The notes under the pieces were generated by a model that saw nothing but the letters and a program-made list of their open reading frames with translations, searched no databases and was not told the origin of the DNA. A stretch of 39,727 nt of DNA from a virus: the IMG/VR virus record IMGVR_UViG_3300046513_000137, positions 1 through 39,727 of that record, one strand, 5' to 3'. Numbering within the stretch: the first letter of the stretch is position 1; the number at the start of each line of letters is the position of its first letter. This document shows positions 7,489 through 13,304 of the stretch, piece by piece. The position numbers and the translations under genes were made by a program.

Positions 7489-7493
7489 CTTCT

Positions 7494-8225
7494 TCAGATC
7501 GTGAAGCGGCCGATATAGCGCCCGACGATCTGGATTTCGTCGAGGTTAAGCTCTCGGGTCGAATGCCTTGGGTTGTCAGATGAAATCTGAACAGTGATGA
7601 TTTCGTCGCCGGGACGCGAAGTCACTTCAAGGCGCTTCACCACCACGCCGCCAAATTCATCAGCGAGCGCATAGATCCCTGGCGGGGAAGGAACGCGATG
7701 CCTGGTGTCGACAAATACGACATCGCCATCCTCAATAGTGGGGGTCATGGAATCACCCCGTGAAGGGAAGGCGGCAACATGCGGCGCCCTCACGCCCATG
7801 CGCCCAAGCATCCAATCAGGAAGCCGCCAGTGGTCTCGCACAGCCTCACGGGCAAAGGAAATCCCGTTTCGGCTTGATACCTCCAGCGCAGCAAATCCGC
7901 CGCCGCCTAGGCCGGCAATCAAATCGATTTCCGGGATATCCTTGGAGTTGGTCTCTGGCCTCAAGTCGTCCTGATCTTCATGCTCATCTGGATCGAACGT
8001 CGCCAAGATAGGAGCGTCAGCTTTCGGGGGACGGTTGAGCATCAGCGCCTCTACGGTTGTCTCAAGCAGAGAGGCCATCTTCTCGGCTCGATCTCTCTTG
8101 AGCTGAGTGTGATCATTGGCGAGTCGATTGATGGTAGCGCGCGAAACATCCAATGCTTCAGCGAGCGCTTCCTGTGAGCCAATTTTTGATGCTTTGAGAA
8201 AAGGATCGAGCCAATTTTTTGACAT
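7494..8225 (-). CDS. cI: CI-type prophage repressor (N-terminal XRE HTH + C-terminal S24 autopeptidase)
   Basis: HTH is SQEALAEALDVSRATINRLAND. The S24 catalytic Ser is in AAFPSRGDSMTPTIEDGD and the Lys is in GGVVVKRL. It is transcribed divergently from the cro-like gene. Confidence 0.9.
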   Translation of the reverse strand: MSKNWLDPFLKASKIGSQEALAEALDVSRATINRLANDHTQLKRDRAEKMASLLETTVEALMLNRPPKADAPILATFDPDEHEDQDDLRPETNSKDIPEIDLIAGLGGGGFAALEVSSRNGISFAREAVRDHWRLPDWMLGRMGVRAPHVAAFPSRGDSMTPTIEDGDVVFVDTRHRVPSPPGIYALADEFGGVVVKRLEVTSRPGDEIITVQISSDNPRHSTRELNLDEIQIVGRYIGRFTI

Positions 8226-8282
8226 GGCGATTTATCCGCCATCTTTGGTAAACGATCTATGCCATAAAATGTTACACTGCCA

Positions 8283-8320
8283 TTGACATTGGTCGTAAAG
8301 TGTCGCAATAATTGCTACAT
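8283..8320 (+). promoter_or_regulatory. Candidate rightward early promoter (PR) with overlapping operator-like palindrome
   Basis: -35 TTGACA (8283-8288), a 17-18 nt spacer, then -10 CAATAAT (8306-8312). The perfect 11-bp palindrome GCAATAATTGC (8305-8315) and TGCTACAT (8313-8320) overlap the -10 and the start. Confidence 0.5.
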
Positions 8321-8516
8321 GACACTCGAACAGTATATTCATCAGCACACCACTGTAACAGCTTTTGCTGCTTTGCTGGGCAAGAGCCGGGCCCAAGTGC
8401 ACCGGTACATGCGCGGTGAAAATCTGAGCAAGAGCGTCATCGAAGAGATTTGCCGCGTAACTGACGGGGCTGTCGAACCAAAATCGTTCTTTGAAGTCGT
8501 GGAGAGCGCGGCATGA
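8319..8516 (+). CDS. cro: Cro-type small HTH regulator (65 aa)
   Basis: Start is the internal ATG 8319 of ORF 8283..8516. MTLEQYIHQHTTVTAFAALLGKSRAQVHRYMRGENLS has a Cro/YdaS-like HTH. It is divergent from cI. Confidence 0.8.
   Translation: MTLEQYIHQHTTVTAFAALLGKSRAQVHRYMRGENLSKSVIEEICRVTDGAVEPKSFFEVVESAA
8351..8371. promoter_or_regulatory. Second copy of the PL operator box, inside the cro-like ORF
   Basis: CACTGTAACAGCTTTTGCTGC here compared with CACTGTAACAGTTTATGCTAC at 5941-5961. 18 of 21 positions are identical and the first 11 are identical. Confidence 0.45.
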
Positions 8517-8722
8517 TCAGGAAGCGCATAACCCCTGACGAGTGGACCGAATGCGACGGCGCCTCCATGCCTGTCGCAGCCGATGCCGTAGTTGATGTGA
8601 AGTTCCGCGACAAAGTTGTCTGGCGCGGCGTTGACGCCGGTTGGTTCGACGAAGGCATCAGCAATTGGGTTCATTGCGGCACTCATCACGACATCACGCA
8701 TTTTCAGTTGGCGTCAGCATGA
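8513..8722 (+). CDS. hypothetical early protein (69 aa)
   Basis: Listed in the ORF track. ATGA overlap with the cro stop. Confidence 0.7.
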   Translation: MIRKRITPDEWTECDGASMPVAADAVVDVKFRDKVVWRGVDAGWFDEGISNWVHCGTHHDITHFQLASA

Positions 8723-8748
8723 CCCGCCACCGAAGAGGAGATCGCAGC

Positions 8749-9045
8749 ATGAAACGCGCAGCATTGGCACTATCAGCACTTCTCCTGGCTACCCCTGCAA
8801 TGGCGGATAGTAGCCTACGCATTGCGGCAATCACTGCTGCTGGCGTCGAGGTATGCGGGGCGGAAGTAGCCCCCGGCGTCCTCCGAGCCCTTGTCACTCG
8901 TGGTTCTGAAGAGGGAGGCGTATCGCTTGAACAAGCGGCCTTCATCACTCTCGGCATGAAGCTGGCATATCTGGACATCATCGCGAGAACGAACACGGCT
9001 GCTGAGTTCTGCTCTGCCAGCAAGCAGGCGAGGGTGGGTCGGTGA
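8749..9045 (+). CDS. secreted/periplasmic hypothetical protein with Sec signal peptide
   Basis: ATG 8749 has GGAGA 7 nt upstream. MKRAALALSALLLATPAMA|DS has a classical n-h-c signal with an AxA cleavage site. An alternative start at 8719 has an ATGA overlap with the upstream stop. Confidence 0.65.
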   Translation: MKRAALALSALLLATPAMADSSLRIAAITAAGVEVCGAEVAPGVLRALVTRGSEEGGVSLEQAAFITLGMKLAYLDIIARTNTAAEFCSASKQARVGR

Positions 9046-9362
9046 GCAACTTTCGCGTAGGGCAGAAGGTCGTTTGTGTCAGAAGTTGGGAGAACCTCTA
9101 CGGGCACAAGAACATCTCTGGGCCTCTTGAGGGCGAAATTTACACGATCCGGGAAATTGGTTTCATCCATCCTGACCGACCTGACATCTTGACGGTGCGG
9201 TTGGCTGAGATCGTTAACAGCGAATTGGACTCGGAAGAGTACGGCAAGTGGGAGCCTTCTTTCGCTGCCTACAGATTTCGCCCGCTCGTTGAGCGCAAGA
9301 CCGACATCTCCTGTTTCACCAAGCTTCTGAAGACGAAGAGCCTGGAGGAGTTGGCCCAATGA
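9042..9362 (+). CDS. hypothetical early protein (106 aa)
   Basis: Listed in the ORF track. GTG start overlapping the upstream stop. Confidence 0.7.
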   Translation: MSNFRVGQKVVCVRSWENLYGHKNISGPLEGEIYTIREIGFIHPDRPDILTVRLAEIVNSELDSEEYGKWEPSFAAYRFRPLVERKTDISCFTKLLKTKSLEELAQ

Positions 9363-9526
9363 CCGAGCTCCCCTCCTACCTTCTCGACGCCCTAGCCAGC
9401 TTCGACGAAGCAAGCGAACAACGAGACGATCAATCCTCCCAAGCCGATCTTTCCGCAGCATTCGAACGAATGATTGCTGCGATAGGGCAGGCGTTCGTGG
9501 AGATCGAACAGAGGGCAAACGCATGA
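9359..9526 (+). CDS. small acidic hypothetical protein (55 aa; below the ORF-track cut-off)
   Basis: My translation is MTELPSYLLDALASFDEASEQRDDQSSQADLSAAFERMIAAIGQAFVEIEQRANA. ATGA overlaps at both ends fill the gap between listed ORFs. Confidence 0.5.
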   Translation: MTELPSYLLDALASFDEASEQRDDQSSQADLSAAFERMIAAIGQAFVEIEQRANA

Positions 9527-9705
9527 GCACTACCGGATACACGATACTGATCCTAATAGCTGCAGTCGCCTTCTGGTCTGCGTGGCGCCAAGTCAAGGCT
9601 GCCTCAGAATACGACCGGCAGGAAGAGCTTGATTACGCCTGCATGTGCGCCCTTGAGGGCGACCTCACAAATTTCAAACCTGAACGTCAGTCTTCCTCCC
9701 ACTGA
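9523..9705 (+). CDS. small membrane protein (60 aa)
   Basis: Listed in the ORF track. N-terminal transmembrane stretch GYTILILIAAVAFWSAW. ATGA overlap with the upstream gene. Confidence 0.55.
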   Translation: MSTTGYTILILIAAVAFWSAWRQVKAASEYDRQEELDYACMCALEGDLTNFKPERQSSSH

Positions 9706-9715
9706 TCGTTCGGAA

Positions 9716-9956
9716 GCTGGTGCCGGTTTTTGGTCTCCTCTCGGACCGGCACCAGCGACATTCTCGGCAGAGACCACTCTGCGATTAAACGGACAGCGAT
9801 CGAACCAAGGGACGAGAAACTTTCCCCTTCTGGTTCGATCGCACCCTCAGAGCCTAGAGGCGGCGGCGGAAAGGCTCTGTGGATTTCAATGACTGGTTCC
9901 CGGCGGCGGGGGCCTGAGCGGAGAGGTGAAGACGCCATTGGCGTGGCTGCTTCACC
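9716..9956 (+). other. ORF-free block of four strong GC-rich hairpins
   Basis: Stems are 9716-9727/9745-9756 (12 bp perfect), 9796-9807/9831-9842 (12 bp perfect plus 4 more), 9848-9854/9873-9879 (7 bp), and 9925-9931/9950-9956 (7 bp plus inner 5 bp). Confidence 0.6.
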
Positions 9957-10090
9957 ATCTCCCACAATCTGAGTGCCTTTATCTCTCTGCATCTCACCGG
10001 CTCCTTCGAACGAGTCAAAGATGACAGAGAGGCTAGGGAATGTACGGCAATTGGTTTTCCAAAAACGGAAAGAATGTTTCCGAGGATAAG

Positions 10091-10459
10091 ATGACAAGCA
10101 CGGCGTTGATTGAAGCAAAAGGGTGGGCTGAACACTTGATGAACCTAGAGTTCTCAGGTCGCGGCGACCGTGAAAAATCCGCCCGCTATAGGCTCTCGAA
10201 GAAAACAGGAGTGCCGGAAAGCTATCTGTTTCGTCTACAGTACAAGACGAGGGAGATGAAAGACGTGGCTGGCGAAGTCTATAGGCGGCTTCGGCTGTAC
10301 TACGTCGAAGCCTGCCTCGCGAACGAGGAAGCAGCGGATCGGTACAGGTCCGAACGTCTAGGAAACACCGAAAATGAAACGACTGACCAAAAGCCTGCTC
10401 CGGCGGGGGTGGGAATGGCTGCGCCTAAAGCTGGCAAAGCTTCTTCAAAGAAAGCGTGA
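10091..10459 (+). CDS. hypothetical protein (122 aa), possibly DNA-binding
   Basis: Start is the internal ATG 10091 (MTSTALIEAKGW...) after GAGGA. It has a basic/low-complexity C-terminus. Function not recognised. Confidence 0.6.
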   Translation: MTSTALIEAKGWAEHLMNLEFSGRGDREKSARYRLSKKTGVPESYLFRLQYKTREMKDVAGEVYRRLRLYYVEACLANEEAADRYRSERLGNTENETTDQKPAPAGVGMAAPKAGKASSKKA

Positions 10460-10462
10460 GTG

Positions 10463-10669
10463 ATGGCGAAGATTGTTACCGAGAAATACGTCTGTGACCG
10501 GTGTGGTGGCCCGCTTGTCAAGGAATGCGGGCTCATCATCGAAGACGTTTCAATGTCGATATCTGGATACGACCCAAGAGGTTCGGGCGGGGCAACCAAG
10601 CGAGGCTTGGAGTTTTGCTACTCGTGTTCTGACCAGCTCAACAAATGGCTTCAGAACAAAGATTTCTAA
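10463..10669 (+). CDS. small zinc-ribbon protein (CxxC ... CxxC)
   Basis: MAKIVTEKYVCDRCGGPL ... EFCYSCSDQL contains two CxxC pairs. Confidence 0.65.
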   Translation: MAKIVTEKYVCDRCGGPLVKECGLIIEDVSMSISGYDPRGSGGATKRGLEFCYSCSDQLNKWLQNKDF

Positions 10670-10718
10670 CCAGTCCCCCACGGCTGCATCCCTTCCTCCA
10701 AGGAGCAAGCCGAAACTA

Positions 10719-10750
10719 CCGGATGGGTAATGCCCTCCGGGTTTTTCTTC
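10719..10750 (+). terminator. Rho-independent terminator inside the rightward operon
   Basis: CCGGATGGG (10719-10727), loop TAATG, CCCTCCGG (10733-10740). This gives 8 bp with one bulged T, followed by GTTTTTCTTC. Confidence 0.6.
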
Positions 10751-10766
10751 ACAAGAGGCAGCGGAA

Positions 10767-11528
10767 ATGACGGCCTACTACAATGAGATCGATCCATACG
10801 CAGCCCAATGGCTCCGCAATCTCATAGCAGCCGGTCACATCGCGCCAGGCGACGTAGACGAACGGAGCATCGTGGATGTCCACCCAGACGACCTTAGAAG
10901 CTATACGCAGTGCCATTTCTTCGCTGGAATCGGAGGGTGGTCCTACGCGCTTCGTCTTGCGGGATGGTCCGACGATCGACCTGTTTGGACAGGTAGCTGC
11001 CCCTGCCAGCCGTTCTCGGTCGGCAACGTTGCCCATGGCGGAGCGAAAGGCCAAGGCGATGAACGGCATCTCTGGCCGACTTTCCGAGACCTCATCGTCG
11101 AGCGATCGCCTTCAACAGTCTTTGGTGAGCAGGTTGCAGACGCGATTGGCTGGGGATGGTGGGACGAAGTTGCCCTTGACCTGGAAGCGCGCTCATACGC
11201 CTGCGCGGCGGTCATACTCCCAGCTAATGCTATCGGAGCAAGGCACAGACGCAAACGGCTCTTCTGGCTGGCCGACGCCGGCAGCGAGAGACGGAAAGGA
11301 CATCAGCCGATCGAACGCCTTTCTGTCGCAGCGCAAGCGCCACTCGCCATCGATGGCAACCCGCTTGTTGGAGCAGGGCGCGCACTGGACGGTGATTACC
11401 GCGATCTACTGCCTTGCGATGGGCTATCCGTCTCCGTGGAACGTCTTGCGGCCAAAGGATACGGCAACGCCATCGTCCCGCAGGCAGCGGCAGAAGTGAT
11501 CGGCGCCTACATGGAGATCGCAGCATGA
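10767..11528 (+). CDS. compact DNA (cytosine-5) methyltransferase
   Basis: Motif I FFAGIGGW, motif IV SCPCQPFS, motif VI-like VFGEQV, motif VIII-like GARHRRKRLFWLA, motif X GYGNAIVPQAA. See the finding on the fully open +1 frame. Confidence 0.8.
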   Translation: MTAYYNEIDPYAAQWLRNLIAAGHIAPGDVDERSIVDVHPDDLRSYTQCHFFAGIGGWSYALRLAGWSDDRPVWTGSCPCQPFSVGNVAHGGAKGQGDERHLWPTFRDLIVERSPSTVFGEQVADAIGWGWWDEVALDLEARSYACAAVILPANAIGARHRRKRLFWLADAGSERRKGHQPIERLSVAAQAPLAIDGNPLVGAGRALDGDYRDLLPCDGLSVSVERLAAKGYGNAIVPQAAAEVIGAYMEIAA

Positions 11529-11785
11529 CACAGAAGCTCCTCGAACTCTTCCGATCTGGAATGGACACCATGGACATCGCCGCCCACCTCGGCGGTGACG
11601 TCGCAGGCTGGACAGAGGCCCGCGTCTATCGCGTCCTCAACGCAGAGCGCCGAGAGGAGAGGGCACCGCCCATCACATGGGCAGACGTAAGGCCGAAGAA
11701 GCGCAAGCACGCGCCTACCGCCAAGCTTCGCAAGTCTGTGCCGTACGCTGGATCTGACGGCCGTCAGGATTGGGATCGCTTATGA
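11525..11785 (+). CDS. hypothetical small protein (86 aa), HTH-like N-terminus
   Basis: Start is the internal ATG 11525 (MTQKLLELFRSGMDTMDIAAHLG...). ATGA overlap with the methyltransferase stop. Confidence 0.6.
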   Translation: MTQKLLELFRSGMDTMDIAAHLGGDVAGWTEARVYRVLNAERREERAPPITWADVRPKKRKHAPTAKLRKSVPYAGSDGRQDWDRL

Positions 11786-12144
11786 TCCGGATCCACCTCC
11801 CGTTTCCACCAAGCGTCAATTCTGCCTATGCCAATGGCGGCAACAAGCGCGGCCGGCACAAGACGGCGGCATATCTGGCGTGGATCCAGGAAGCGTCAGC
11901 ACAGGTCAAGGCCGGCATGCGCCAGAACCTCGGCCACTACAGCCTGCACATCTGCCTTGAGCGTCCTGACAAGCGTCAGCGAGACCTCGGCAACTACGAG
12001 AAGTGCATCTCAGATTTCCTCGTCATGCACGGCGTCGTTCGTGATGACCACCTTTGCGAACGATTGACGATGACGTGGGGCGAGAACCTACCAGCTCCAT
12101 GCGTCGTGATCGTCCAGACAGCGGAAGAAGGGCTAGCAGCATGA
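11782..12144 (+). CDS. rusA: RusA-family Holliday junction resolvase
   Basis: MIRIHLPFPPSVNSAY ... RDLGNYEKCISDFLVMHGVVRDDH matches the RusA pattern (PPS.N; D.DN..K...D.L....DD). Confidence 0.85.
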   Translation: MIRIHLPFPPSVNSAYANGGNKRGRHKTAAYLAWIQEASAQVKAGMRQNLGHYSLHICLERPDKRQRDLGNYEKCISDFLVMHGVVRDDHLCERLTMTWGENLPAPCVVIVQTAEEGLAA

Positions 12145-12530
12145 AAATGTCAGAAGACGAAAGAGCCGGCTTAGAAACACTCAAGGCCAAGATGCCGGAA
12201 GACCTTGCGCTTGAGGTAGTTAAGTTCCGCCGCACCAAGAAGGCCCCGATTACGGCCCGCATCGCTCGAAGCCTGTTACGTGAGTACGAGGCCTATGGCG
12301 ACGTAGAGAAGGCTGCCGATATCCACATGATGCGCGGTTGGACCGGATTCGAAGCTGTGTGGGTCAAGAAGGCCCAAGGCTTCACTGATCAGAACCACCC
12401 GACGCCACGCCAGCCACAGACCCGCGAAGAATACATCCGCGAGGCCATACGCAAGAACAACGACGAATGGGAGGGCAACTCCCGCGCTCGTGATGTCCGT
12501 AGCGTCATTTCGCAGGCAACACGCCAATGA
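12141..12530 (+). CDS. hypothetical protein (129 aa)
   Basis: Start is the internal ATG 12141. ATGA overlap with the rusA stop. Confidence 0.65.
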   Translation: MKMSEDERAGLETLKAKMPEDLALEVVKFRRTKKAPITARIARSLLREYEAYGDVEKAADIHMMRGWTGFEAVWVKKAQGFTDQNHPTPRQPQTREEYIREAIRKNNDEWEGNSRARDVRSVISQATRQ

Positions 12531-12730
12531 TCAACCATGCCGATCGTCAACGCGCCGTCATCTACAAGGAAGGGCTCAAGCTCGTCGAGGAAGACGTATC
12601 GCTTGAGGCATTCGTCATGGGCGTCAACCGCCGCAAGTGGCCAGTTGGTGCCCGCCACTTTTGGGCCTTGTCTCAAGTCTGGGCCCCACGAAACGCAGCA
12701 ATTCCAGAGCCGAAGGAAGCAGCCCAATGA
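12527..12730 (+). CDS. hypothetical protein (67 aa)
   Basis: Listed in the ORF track. ATGA overlaps on both sides. Confidence 0.6.
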   Translation: MINHADRQRAVIYKEGLKLVEEDVSLEAFVMGVNRRKWPVGARHFWALSQVWAPRNAAIPEPKEAAQ

Positions 12731-13293
12731 ACATGAGACCAGACATTGACATCAACAAAGCGTCAGAGATGTGGAACGGCGGCTTTTCGGCAGGGGCAAT
12801 CGCGGCGGAATTCGGCGTAACTCGAAACGCCATCATCGGCATATCGCACCGCAACCGGGATATGTTCCCACACAAGCCGCTTAGAGGCAGCCGCTACACA
12901 CCGGCTGCAGAGCGCGTTCTTGCTCCCAAGCGGGAACTGACACCGGAAGAACGGGAACAACGCAACCTGCGCCAAGCTGAGCGGCGCCGGAAGGCAGCAG
13001 AGGGTAGAGCGCTCACCGACAAGCAGCGCATCGAGGCTTCGAAGGAGGAGGTGGCAGAGTTCAAGGCCGGCACGTCCCGCTTTCTGCGCATTCACCCTGA
13101 TGATGAGCCTCGGCTGGCAACAGGCAAGCTTCTTCACGAGCTGGAGCAGCATGAATGCCATTTTCCGCTCAATCACGGTGGCCCGTTCCTCTTCTGCTCC
13201 GAGGCCACAGAGGCGGGAGCATCATACTGCGAACACCACAGAGAACGGTCGATGCCTCCACTTGAGCGGCGACGACTGAAAGCAGCAGCATAG
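12727..13293 (+). CDS. GcrA-family cell-cycle-regulator-like transcription factor (188 aa)
   Basis: Start is the internal ATG 12727. The N-terminus WNGGFSAGAIAAEFGVTRNAIIGISHR matches the GcrA HTH. The C-terminus HECHFPLNHGGPFLFCSEATEAGASYCEHH matches the GcrA C-terminal Cys/His block. Confidence 0.8.
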   Translation: MNMRPDIDINKASEMWNGGFSAGAIAAEFGVTRNAIIGISHRNRDMFPHKPLRGSRYTPAAERVLAPKRELTPEEREQRNLRQAERRRKAAEGRALTDKQRIEASKEEVAEFKAGTSRFLRIHPDDEPRLATGKLLHELEQHECHFPLNHGGPFLFCSEATEAGASYCEHHRERSMPPLERRRLKAAA

Positions 13294-13304
13294 CAACGAG
13301 GGAC

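Noticed and set aside
8694-9596. A 300-aa minus-strand ORF. Similar long antisense ORFs occur at 3390..4151 (+), 16692..17276 (-), 18247..19143 (-), 19994..20833 (-), 25340..26281 (-), 27682..28587 (-) and 34406..35077 (-).
   Set aside because: - They lie antisense to well-supported genes.
- Their translations are Arg/Ala/Gly/Pro-rich and low in complexity, with no motifs.
- Stop-free shadow frames of this kind are expected in GC-rich coding DNA.
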